This document shows positions 25,701 to 37,349 of a stretch of DNA of 64,000 bases, piece after piece (the first letter of the stretch is position 1; the number at the start of each line of letters is the position of its first letter). Source of the stretch: Lama glama (taxonomy: Eukaryota); assembly GCA_028534125.1 (NCBI GenBank), contig CM052840.1, positions 21,638,001 to 21,702,000 on the forward strand, written 5' to 3'. The notes under the pieces were generated by a model, which saw nothing but the letters and a program-made list of their open reading frames with translations, ran no database searches and was not told the origin of the DNA. Both the position numbers and the translations under genes were made by a program.

Positions 25701-25814
25701 GCATATTGACAGGCCTGCTGCCCTCCAAACGCTACTCAGTCACCCTCGCTGCTTGCACTCTGACTGGCTGTACTGAGAGCTCACAGGCACTGAACGTCTC
25801 TACTCCCCAAGAAG
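25701..25814 (+). CDS. USH2A: Usherin coding exon (human exon 31 equivalent), 114 bp, second part of the FN3 domain
   Basis: Acceptor ttttgtccccctttcttatag|GC, donor GAAG|GTAAAG; reads (G)ILTGLLPSKRYSVTLAACTLTGCTESSQALNVSTPQE, with the usherin-type ACT..GC motif. Confidence 0.97.
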
Positions 25815-27770
25815 GTAAAGTAATTTCAAAGGTCTTGACTTCCACATTGCAGTCATGAATAATAAAATAGGAGAAGAGCTAAATGCTGCAAGNNNNNNNN
25901 NNNNNNNNNNNNNNNNNNNNNNNNNNNNNNNNNNNNNNNNNNNNNNNNNNNNNNNNNNNNNNNNNNNNNNNNNNNNNNNNNNNNNNNNNNNNNNNNNNNN
26001 NNNNNNNNNNNNNNNNNNNNNNNNNNNNNNNNNNNNNNNNNNNNNNNNNNNNNNNNNNNNNNNNNNNNNNNNNNNNNNNNNNNNNNNNNNNNNNNNNNNN
26101 NNNNNNNNNNNNNNNNNNNNNNNNNNNNNNNNNNNNNNNNNNNNNNNNNNNNNNNNNNNNNNNNNNNNNNNNNNNNNNNNNNNNNNNNNNNNNNNNNNNN
26201 NNNNNNNNNNNNNNNNNNNNNNNNNNNNNNNGTCTCTTTTAACTGCTAAACACCCACACGGGCAACGATTACTTCCATACGATGGAACCTCCAGATGCCA
26301 GTGGAAGCATTATTAACCACCGCCCGGTTCCTTCTGACTCAAGTCTCACTTTGCTGTACTTCGAACTTACAAACTGTGGGCATAAATTAATGTTTCCGAA
26401 AGCATACGTTAGGAAGGCAGTGAGAAAGAGAACATATCTCAGGGCTCCGAAAAAGCTTTGCTTGAGCATCAGAACGCATCACTTGGAGAAATAACAGCTC
26501 TCAAAACATCTGAAGCATCGTGACTTCGCATACCTCTCTCCTGGATGAGGGGATTTACACGTTCCTTCTACTGCCTCGTTGTAAAGTTATGGAGGAGACT
26601 TAAGAGCTTGATCTTTAGGAAAAAAGAGTCTGCCAGTCTCTCTTTTTCAGGTTCTGTCCATCCCCCCTTTCCCAGGTGCTCTTCTCTGCCCTCCCTTCTT
26701 TGAAATCCTTAAAGCAAGTACCACTTGCACAGAAGATGTGTAAGAGCAGCACAATGAAACCATGACAGAACAGAGGAGTCCGTAAAACCCTTTTTGTGGC
26801 CCTTTGTCCTGTATGCCTTGCACTTGACCTAACCAGATCCCGCTCACCTGGATTACACCATCCTTCAGTGGCCCATCTTTGGCATTTTCTCAACGTTCTC
26901 TCCATCCAGACTACCAAGACTAGTGGTGTTTCTCTTAGAGGTCTTTGCTTCTGTGGAGTCACGTGTCACCAGCCCCTTTTACAGTTACTTCCACCAACTT
27001 CAATACGGTACAAGTCATCCTTCATCTCACACATCCTTTGTTCAGGTTTTGCCTGGTACCCTTCAAACCTACTTCCTCGCTATACCCCAGAGGGATTCCT
27101 CCTCATCCAGTTCACCGTTTCCTTTCTATTATTTAAGGAATCCCCAATTTCTAGTTTTTCCTTAAGGGTACTACCAGTTTACCAAACGATGGGTATGTTT
27201 AGTGTCAATTTCTAAAAGCTTTTTTAGTTCCTGTGACTCCAATTGACTAAGCATTACAGGAAATGAACAGGCCCCCTTTATTTAAAAAAAAAAACTCATA
27301 TACAATGTAGTTTTCATATGTAATTAATTAATTCTGTATTTTCTGGCTATTTCTATGGTTGTGTATGCATTTTTTTATATCGATTATGAACCACTTTCAC
27401 TGGCATTGCTCATCTTAGATCAAAAGCTCCTCAAGGGTAGGGATTCTGTCTGAGTTGCTGTAATAAGCACAGCCCCAAGTAGAGATTATGGGTTAATAAT
27501 ACTTTTGATGAAGTAACACAAGCATCAGTCAAATGAACTGGTGTTAAATACTCCCCATCCATCACTGATGCAAATTCTCATAAATTCAGGACAGTTATTT
27601 AGCACTGTTCCTAAAGCAATTACTGACAAGCTGCCCACGAATCAGGAACATTTCCGTGCATGAGATTTCAGGTTTATTCCATGATTTATTGGTTTGGGTC
27701 TGAAAAGTTTGAATTAGAAAAGTAAACTAAAATTAGACTCTATAAATCTTTTTTTTTCCCTCCCCCACAG

Positions 27771-27932
27771 CTCCACAAGAGGTTCAGCCACCAGTAGCTA
27801 AATCCTTTCCCAATTCTTTGTTACTCTCCTGGAATCCACCCAAGAAAGCAAATGGTATTATAACTCAGTACTCTTTATATATGGATGGGATGCTAATCTA
27901 TTCAGGGGGTGCAGAGAACTACACAGTCACAG
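27771..27932 (+). CDS. USH2A: Usherin coding exon (human exon 32 equivalent), 162 bp, FN3 domain
   Basis: Acceptor tttttttttccctcccccacag|CT, donor ACAG|GTAAGA; reads (A)PQEVQPPVAKSFPNSLLLSWNPPKKANGIITQYSLYMDGMLIYSGGAENYTVT; not in the ORF track. Confidence 0.97.
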
Positions 27933-29079
27933 GTAAGACTTCTGTTGGTGTCGGTAAATAGTTATAGTCTATAAAAGAATATATGTAATTACAAATTAAT
28001 ATGCGTATTTCAGATAACTGTAGCATTGTCTGAGAATGCAGTCTTAAAAGTTGGGTTAGTTATTTTTGCTTCCTGTTACATCACTAAAATTCCATGATCT
28101 TTATGGTTACGTTATGCTCACAGTGAAGCCAAAGCTAGAAAAATGGAAAAGGGCTCATGTTGCCTCCCTTCCCCACCCTGCTTCTCCCAAAGCTGTCTCA
28201 CTGCATGTTCTCTTCTACCATTGTTCCCGCCAGTCTTGCCTGAACCCTTCTACTGATACACCTTTGCTGCAGTGCAGAGGGGGCTTTGGGAAGTATTGAT
28301 ACACAGAGCTCAGCATATGACTTCTCTGCCTCTGACTGATCACAGGATCAAAGCTGGGGCCCGGTATGGTGCAGCCAGGCTCACTGTGAGTGGTTGAGTC
28401 ATTGATGCCATTTCATACACACACCACTGGCACATGAGTTAACTTTACAGTCTTCACGAATGTGGAATAATCTTAAGACTCAGCAGTGTGATTCAGTGTG
28501 ATCTCAGTTGTAGACCATTTGAGAAAAACATAGTAGATCTGCCTAGATCATATTATAAAGTGTGATGACACTTCAGTAAAGTTAATGGGTGGAAACCTTG
28601 TGAAACACAGGAGACCCACCTGTATTAGATACGTTGTCTGGTTTTGAATTGTGTTTATATTTGTATCATAATTGTAGTGGTTATATATTTTGTAATAGTT
28701 GATATACTATATGTGACTATTAGGTGAGATATAATTAATCAAATATTAATTGATGAAAAACTGAGGCCTCAGAGAGATTAAATTCTTCATAAAAGATCAG
28801 AACAGGTTAGAGTCAGAGGCAGGATTAATTGTTTATATAGTCACTCCTTCACATTAATGCCAGGTGCTCAGGTGGTAGCAGAGAATCAGCCAGACACAGT
28901 GTCCATGACTTTATGGCAACACATATGGATGCAGGAATAGGGCGTTTGGGGGCAGGGCCATGGCATTAATCTAATTCTCAGAGTTTACATTTTTTGTGTC
29001 CTCTCTAGTAGGAAAGGCTTCAGAACACAAGAACTATTACTTTTGTATCTTATTTATCATGGTTGGATAAAATTCTGTA

Positions 29080-29250
29080 ATACTTATTCTCTGAGGTCAG
29101 TATTATCATTCACTCTATTTTGCGAATGAGGAAATTGAGGCACAGAAAGGTTAAGCAACTTTCTCAGCGTCACACAGCCTGGGAGTGGTAAACTTTGATA
29201 CGATCTCAAACATTCTGGCTGTGATGAAGAGAATGTGCTCTTAACACCAG
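29080..29250 (-). mobile_element. MIR SINE
   Basis: attttgcgaatgaggaaattgaggcacagaaaggttaagcaactttctcagcgtcacacagc core. Confidence 0.75.
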
Positions 29251-30744
29251 CCACCTAACTTCTCAGACTTAGTTTCTGAAACTGTAAAATGGAAAGAACT
29301 GCAATTTTCAGGATTTTTGAAGGGGACTCGTGTTGAAAAACACCTAGAATGTTCTTAGTAAAGAACACTTAATAAAGAGAACTTAACTGAAAAATAAATA
29401 CTAAAAATAAGTAGATTACACTTGCCTAGGAGCATCTGAGGGCATTATTTTAACTAAAAGTTATTGGCCACGGAAATTATTTCAGAAGAAATGGAAACAC
29501 ATCCTGGAATAGACTTTACCCATGTGTTATAATTATCACACAAAGGACTTTCACGGGGCCAAATGTATCATCATCATGTGTCATGGCCAAGACACATGTT
29601 TTAGGCTTATTCTAGACATTGCCTGTGTGAAGCCTTCTCTGACGCCCCCTGCATGCTCACTGAAAGCTTTCATGCGCCTTGTGTTTTGGTTTGCGTTGTC
29701 TTGAATGAGTCTGCCTGTGTACTGGTCAGTTTGCCCCACTAAACCATGAGCATCACAGGAACGCGGCCGGGCCTGTCTCGTTCATGACCGTGTCTCCAGG
29801 ACTGAGCACAGAGTGGGCAGAGAAGACGCAGTGCTGAGTTAACGAGTGAGTGAAATCAGCTACCTGCTGGGAACAAGGAAGGAAGATCGCAGAGGGGAGT
29901 GGGGTGGGAAAGAAAAAGCAATAGGGAAAAGATGTGGAGGAAAGGGTGAAACCAGAGACAAAGAAACTAGGATCCCATCCCTGCGCTCCGGTCGAGAGGG
30001 AAGTGGTGTGGCTGATCGTCAGTCTCAACGTGTGGGCCTTGAAGATTTCCAGAATGTGCAGAATGCCACGTGAGGTGACACTGTGCAGAGCCAGAAAAAG
30101 GACAGTGTGAGGAGGAGAGGAGGCCAGAATTCACAGTAGTTTCTCATACCACCTCAGAAATGATACCAAATCTGCCTTATATTGGGCTGAATCATTAACA
30201 GACCCGTAAGACTGTAGTATCTGCTTTAAAAGATCATTGCAAATGTTGCCATAGTATAATAGATGCCCCAAATATAATATAAAGAAAGTGGAATAATTTT
30301 ATAGTGTCCATAACTATCTTCTCCAACCGGAGTGATAATGGGTTCTTCACCGGTTTGATAACATGCATGACATTTTTGGCTGCATCCTCCTTGTTGTCTC
30401 ACAAGCAAATGTATTTCTTGTTGTCTTTATCTCCAAATGGCAGAGGATACAAAGCCCAGTAGGGATGCAGTGTTGGTCACTAGGGGAAGGAACTAAGCCA
30501 AAAACTTGATGGTGAGGTTCAGAGTTGTACCTGATGATTCTGACATTATAGCCCAGAAACCTGGGGCCCAGAGACATCAGGAAATCCTAGTCAGTGATTG
30601 AAAGAACAGATTCAAATATGGGTCTGTCTGGCCTCAAAAGCCCATGCTTTTCACCTCTACACATTTTACATATTGAACATATTTTATTATTTCTTACAAC
30701 AGCTTTGAAAGGGAGATGGAAGCCCGATTACAAACCCCAGAGCA

Positions 30745-31122
30745 TCTGAATGAGTCTAGGGCTGCTCTCGCACAATGCCACAGNNNNNNNNNNNNNNNNN
30801 NNNNNNNNNNNNNNNNNNNNNNNNNNNNNNNNNNNNNNNNNNNNNNNNNNNNNNNNNNNNNNNNNNNNNNNNNNNNNNNNNNNNNNNNNNNNNNNNNNNN
30901 NNNNNNNNNNNCCAGTGTCCTCGCGTGGCCCTTCTTCTGTGTGCTCCTCTGGGGTCTCTTCCTCTTCCTGTGAGGACACCAGTCCTGCTGGATTAGGGCC
31001 CTATCCTTATAACCTCATTTCACCTTCGTCACCTCTTTCAAAGCGCTGTCTGCAAATATAGTCACATTGTGGGTGAAGGCTTCAACGTGTACGTTCTGGA
31101 GAACACAGTTCAGTTCGTAACA
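30745..31122 (-). mobile_element. MaLR solo LTR (MLT1A-like) containing a gap
   Basis: ctagggctgc...gtcctcgcgtggccc...gaggacaccagtcctgctggattagggccc...aaatatagtcacattgtggg...cacagttcagttcgtaaca. Confidence 0.8.
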
Positions 31123-32914
31123 GCATCCTAAAGTGTCTTCTCTATTAGCCCAGGCAGAACGTTCACTTGTCTCGAGATTCTCAAATTGCATGCCAGCTGA
31201 ATAAATGGCCGTTAAGATCTCTCTGAACTGTAAGGTTTTATACCTGTGATGTGCACAGAATTTAGGTCCTTTGTGTCTTCAAGGCTTACCTTTCCACTAG
31301 GAATCAAAGAGAAAGCAGAATGGGAAAGGGAATCTGGCTGCTTGAAGTCAGCCAGGAGAAAACTGATGGAGAAATCCACTCTGGCCATTGGGTCTCCCTT
31401 TAACCTCTATAGCTAATTTAAATCTATGCCGCGTTTCATCATAATATGTATCTCAGCTGCTGTTGGTACTCATTGCTCGTCTTTGTGTCAGGATATTTGT
31501 GACTTAATGTCCTTTCCATGCTGAGTGGTTTGTGGAGGGGACTTCTATTCATGAGCGCTGGTGCTGTCAGTAGTAGCCAGAGTTTAGGGTCACTAAAATA
31601 GATCTGTGCAGTGCTGAAATGTCAGTTCATAGGCTGAGAAATGGAAGATGCCATCTACCAGATAAGAGAAATAGTTGATAATAACTTTTAGGTAAAAGAG
31701 TAACATGCTTACTGAAGTTCAGACATGCAGATACTTGATACCTGGTAGTCCCACCATGCAGATAAAAGCTCTTCATGTTTGATGTAATTCCTTCTAGCAT
31801 TTCATTCATTTTAGCAAAATTGATCTATAATGTATAATTTTGAATCCTTGCATATTCCCTAATTATGAATATATCCCATATCATTAAGGATTTTTCTAAA
31901 AATGTTTTGAAATATTTTAATAATGTCACAGTCCATCTTACAAATGTACACTAATATATTTAAGTGCTTGAAACATTCAAAAGTTTCTGACTTAACCTCT
32001 GTTTTAAATATTTTGTGGCAAATATTGTTGTACATAAATCTTTGCTCGAGCTCTAAAAGGGGAACGGCTAAGTCATAGGTAGCAAACATTTACAGAATAT
32101 TTGATACACATTTTCACATTGTTTTGCAGAAAAGTTCATCAGCAGTGAATGTTATATTCTTAAATCTTTGATAATTTTACAAGTTGAAATTTTTTTTATT
32201 TCTGTTTACAGTTTGACTACTGGTTTTACCGCACACTTTTTGTGTGATTATTAGTCATTTATATTTTACTTTGATTCTGCTGATGAGCAAAGATTTAATA
32301 GGGGTGAGGATTAATTCTAGAACTCCTTTGAGAGCTATGTTTCATACCCTGTTTTTCTTGGTTACAGTCATCTCCACTATTCAAAGTTCTTTGCCTTCCA
32401 CACCATCAAAAATGTCCTTAACAACTTGGCTTGCTGTCTCCTCCCAAGTATGCAAAGTATCGACCTTTTATTTTTTTTTCTCACTCCTGCTCCATTTGTC
32501 TGTAGCTTCTTTTTAAGTTTCCACATAGAACTAACATTCTTCCGTTACGGGTTGAAAAAAAAAATGGATCCAGCCGCCATGGTGGATTTGGGTAAAAGTA
32601 AATGCATTTCAATTCTAAAGCCACTTAGCATCGAGGTGGCTGGAATGTTTTTCTTCTTTCTCTTAAATATGAAGCATTAAAAGTCAAAGGCATTGCTGCA
32701 CCTTGAGTTAGTACAAAATATATTTAAAAATGCATACAGTTCAAATTTTTTGCCTTGCATAGGCCATAAGCTAGTAGTATGGTGGGTCAGTTGTGACACT
32801 GAAAAATGAATCCAGTTAGAGAGGCTCCCGAAGGCTGTTGATGTCTGCTATAATAAATAGCGCACACTTTAAGTCAAACTTTTTCATTCTGTATTCAAAG
32901 GTAATGGATTTTTC

Positions 32915-32928
32915 GTAACCATAGTAAC
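32915..32928. promoter_or_regulatory. RFX X-box motif (candidate)
   Basis: GTAACCATAGTAAC matches the consensus GTNRCC-N2-RGYAAC exactly; function not demonstrable from sequence. Confidence 0.4.
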
Positions 32929-34404
32929 CTTGGTGTATTTCTGGATAAATACATGAGGTATATACATTCTAGTTTTATTTTTGAATATAAACTACCACAT
33001 TATGTATTACTAATAATATGAAAAATAGGATGTAGGTTAGTATAATGACAGCTCAAACTAGTATGCATTTTTCTTCCGCAAAAAATAAATATTTATCAAA
33101 AGTATCGGTTCAATTAATTTTTCCCCTAGTTTTGTGGTGTTCTGGTAGTGCCATTTATCTTTTTTTTTTTTGCAAGATCTCCATTAATCTCTTATTTCTG
33201 TCTCATAACAGATTTTTAAGAATTTCAAGGTAAAAACAGTTGTGCTTTAAAGCTTATGATTAAAAACATTATCGAAAGATTGAAGGACCTAACTTGATAT
33301 CACCAGCAGAGCTATTGTGGGCCACTTAATATGTGTGAGTACCGTGTGTTCATAAAGAGGTAGAAAAAAGGAACCTTTTGTGAGACTGTTCAATATCCTG
33401 GGATTGTTTCAAAGTTCAGGCTGATAGCATCCTGATTGATGAGGACTCTCCAAACTGTAGCCAACCAGATCATCCTCATTTTAAATGAGCACCCTACCAG
33501 AAACTGGCAATCTTGAAGAAGTTTGCGAGATGGTTCAGAGAAGCCTACAAAGTTTTGGGAAACAAGGATGGCAAGATGGTAGTAATTGGGAGACGTAAAC
33601 CCCCAGCATGGCGAGGTTTACGTGAGTTGTGATGACCGGGAAGGAAAGAATGGTCATCCCTCTGGACAGTTCTTTTCTTACTCCGTGAATTGTCCTTAGT
33701 TAACCCAACCTCAGCCATTGCTGCCTACAAACACTAGAATGTCAGAGGAGGGGGAAAGGTCTAAGGGACTCCATAAAAAATGATACCTGGCACCAAACCT
33801 TAAAACATGAATATTTGCAAGTATATTATCTCATACTATGTAGTAGTGCTGTGTGATACATCAGAGTGGCTGATTTTTAGCAGCATGGATGGCATCTTCC
33901 CACTGATGCGCCTTGAGGACCAGAGCTTCTATCAGGAAGACTGAGTCAGTAAAACAAGGAAGACAGCAGTTAGAGAGAGACACAGAGCAGAGAAAGACAG
34001 AAGAGAAGAGGGGAGGAAAAGCAGGTGAATTTCTGGTAAAGTCAGATAGACAATAAGTGTTAAACCTTTAGTCACTAAAAGTGCTAAAACTTTTTTTTTT
34101 TGATCTTATTTGCCAAGGTCAAAAAGAACCATGTATAAACAGCAAAATAGAAATGTTCATCTTAAACTTTCCGAACACTTAAGTCTTACGATGAGAAATT
34201 TATGGTAGAAGAAGCTGTATTGCTTGCGGCACAATAAAAAGCATTTAAAGGTTAGATACTTCTAACCAAGCGTTGTAAGGAACCTTATCAACACACTACA
34301 AATTGAGCTAAATTATATTCATTCGCACTGAGGAAGATATTAAAGATCTTCTCTTAGCAAAATAAAACTTCGCTTTAACCTTGATATTTTCTTTCATTTT
34401 GCAT

Positions 34405-34566
34405 TTAAAAAAAATCAAGTTGTAGATTTATTCCAGCTTTGGGTTTTTTTGGGGGGTAGGTAATTAGGTTTGTTTATTTCCGTATTTTAATAGAGGTACT
34501 GGGGATTGAACTCAGAACCTGGTGTATGCCTGGCATGCGCTCTACCGCTGCGCTATACCCTCCTCC
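34405..34566 (-). mobile_element. tRNA-derived SINE, camelid vic-1 type, second copy
   Basis: Minus strand GGAGGGTATAGCGCAGCGGTAGAGCGCATGCCAGGCATACACCAGGTTCTGAGTTCAATCCCCAGTACCTC; homologous to 3682-3857; TSD CATTTTGCAT at 34395-34404 and 34567-34576. Confidence 0.88.
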
Positions 34567-35369
34567 CATTTTGCATGTTTGAATACCACAATGCAGTGAT
34601 TCTAAATCACTCCTCTTACATGAAGTAATGTTACTGAGGGGAGTCCTGTTAACGTGCTTGTGTTCTAATCCATAAGGTAAAGTATTAATGAGAGAGCATG
34701 TGAGGGTTTTCAGGTAACTCAATGATCTCATCTGTGAGTGGTGGTTCCTCTCTGTTACAAACTAAGTCATACCGTGTGCCCATTTTATGTCACAGACAGA
34801 TAGCATTAAATTCTACAAAGTCTAAGAAACCATGAGGATACAAGGGAAAAAGCCCAAAGAATGAAAAGAAGCCGTTACCAAGCTGCTAACTCTGTGATCA
34901 AAGACTCCTGAAGAGTTGCTTAAGGCTTAGCAACACACCAGATCCTTGGGTTAATGAACAATGGATGCTTAGCTCCAAAAAGCCATGTTCACTTAGTAAC
35001 AAAAGGTCAAGTGAAACGAGATAACTTGTGCAGAATGTTTAAATATCAGTTGTGGTTAACTGTAAGCAAAAAACTGAAGTGTCATTCTTGCTTTAAGATG
35101 CTTCTACAGTGCACAAGTGTGTGGAGAAATTAAACGTTTAAACTTATATTTTAAGATCTGTACCCAAATATTTCTTGTGATTTGTTAACCTAATGGGTGA
35201 ATATTAATCTCAGATGGTAGGAAAGGACTCTGTATTTGAAGGGACTTCCAAGGAATAGTGGGAATAAGATCCAGTTAGCGAAGTAGTGGAATTAAATCCT
35301 GAAAAATATGTCCTTTCATTGAGAGCTTTACAGATAGAGCCTGCCTGCTACTTTGAGCATTTTGAGAGC

Positions 35370-35645
35370 TGCCATTATTTTTTATTTTATTTTTTTGAAA
35401 CTTCTTAAATGAATTGTTAATTTATACCAAGAACCTGTCTCAAGTATAGGGCTTCATGAATATTCCCAAACTGAACACACCCATGCAACCAGCACCTAAG
35501 TCACAACACAGAACATGGTTGGCTCCTGGGAGCCTCCCATTGCTGCCTGACTCAGGTGACCTCTTCTTTGATTGTTAGCATAGATTTGTTTTGCTGTATT
35601 TGTACTTAATATGAATGGGATCAAACAGTGTGTTCTCTTTTTGGA
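35370..35645 (-). mobile_element. Old L1 (L1MD/ME-type) 3' end
   Basis: aaactgaacacacccatgcaaccagcacctaagtcacaacacagaacat...catagatttgttttgctgtatttgtacttaatatgaatgggatc. Confidence 0.65.
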
Positions 35646-36922
35646 GAAGGTAGGAGGGAGAGTGAGCCAGTAGAACAACCTTCTGTGTTTCTGCGCCTGT
35701 ATCCTGACCCCTCTGACCTCTGGGCGATTGCAGTGACAGTGTCAGCTCTTACAGTCCTACCTTCCAGAAAGCCATGGGAATAATTGTAAAAGGAAACATC
35801 CACCTCCAATTCCAAAACTGGGAAATAATTATAGAAAAGCTTCATCTCTGAAATTAGAACTTAGCACATGAAATCGCTGGCCTGCATATGCCAGCAGAAA
35901 TCCTTTAAATGTCCACTAGTGGAATATCGTGTGGCCATACAGCTTACAATGCTGGAGAAGGATATTTAATAATGGGGAGAGGTGTTAAAAACAAACATTT
36001 TAACAGACAGCGTGCAATACATGAGTCTCTTTTAGTAAAACGTGTGTACATGTGTACGTATTCATGGATGTGTACACATGTACACATGTAGGGATAGATG
36101 CTTAAGTCTTAACAGTGGTTATTGCCCAGTAAGGGGATTCTAGTGTTTGATTTTCTTTTACTTGAAGGAGTCTTTTTATCTTTTAAATTTACTGCAGTTT
36201 GGATATTACAAAGCTTAATTTTTATAGTATGTTCCCCAAATATTTATATATATATTAAGCTTGATACAATAGATGGATACTTGAGGAGTCTGATTGCATT
36301 AACCTATTAGTACTTACCTTACAGTTCTCTCTAGTCTTTACCAGGTTGATATTTAACCAGGTTGATCACCATACTCATTTCCTTCTAGCCAATATCACGT
36401 ATGGTATTCTTCATACCTCAAGCACTATCTACGCTGTCAAAATGTTACACATATTTGATGATCCACCCCAATTCCCACATCTTCCTTTGATTCATAGATT
36501 CTTTCATATCATTTTCCTGTAAATTTGTCCTTCGAGTACATTCTGCCTTACAATATTAACTTATTTTAAAGGGGAGAAATATTGATCCCAAACAAGAATG
36601 TAAGTGTATTGAGTAGCATTATAATGACATTATTTCTTTTCATAATCTCTATAGTAAGTACCATAGGAATAAGGACCCAATTGGCATCAACTAATCTCTT
36701 ATGGAACTGAGTGGAGATGAATTGAATTAAATTAAAGAAACACTGAGAATCAGTAAATTAATATTTTAAAGTAAGTGACAACAAATACCGATGCATAATT
36801 CAGAACAAATTAATATGCTAAATGTGGTAAACAGTTTTAATGAGGTAGGCTGTTCCTGTAGCATCTTAGAATTCTTCATTTAATTATCCAATACATAGCG
36901 AATTATTTTTCAGTTAACTACT

Positions 36923-37349
36923 TGTGTAAGTTTGCTGGGGCTGCCATCACAGAGCATCACTAGGTGGATTAAACTACCGAAATGTATTGTCTCACTGTCC
37001 TTGGGGCCAGAAGACCCAGATCAGTGTGTTGGGAGAGTAGGCTCCTTCTGAGGGCTGTAAGGAAGAATCTGTTCCGTGCCTCTTCCCTTGCTTCTGGTGC
37101 TTTGCTGGCAATCTCTGGTGTTCTTTGACTTGTAGTTGCATCTCCCTGATCTCTGCCTTCATCTTCACGTGGCATTTGCCTTGTGTGCTGCTGTATGAGG
37201 ACTCAGGTCATATTGGATTAGGACCCACCCAATGACTTCATCTGAGCAATTACAGCTGCAGTGACCCTCTAAATAAGGTCAAGCTCTGAGGCACTGAGGG
37301 CTAGGATTTCAGTATACGAATTGTGACGAGACACAGTTCATCCTGTAAC
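36923..37349 (-). mobile_element. MaLR solo LTR (MLT1B/C-like)
   Basis: agtttgctggggctgccatcac...ggctccttctgagggctgtaaggaagaatctgttccgtgcctc...gtcatattggattagg...gacacagttcatcctgtaac; ORF 36969..37175 is LTR-derived. Confidence 0.85.

Noticed and set aside
33593-33623. Perfect 9-bp inverted repeat ACGTAAACC...GGTTTACGT
   Set aside because: Several stems of this length are expected by chance in 64 kb; no other support.
36340-36366. Direct repeat ACCAGGTTGAT x2 (similar micro-duplications at 145-167 and 20461-20477)
   Set aside because: Ordinary slippage duplications with no higher-order structure.
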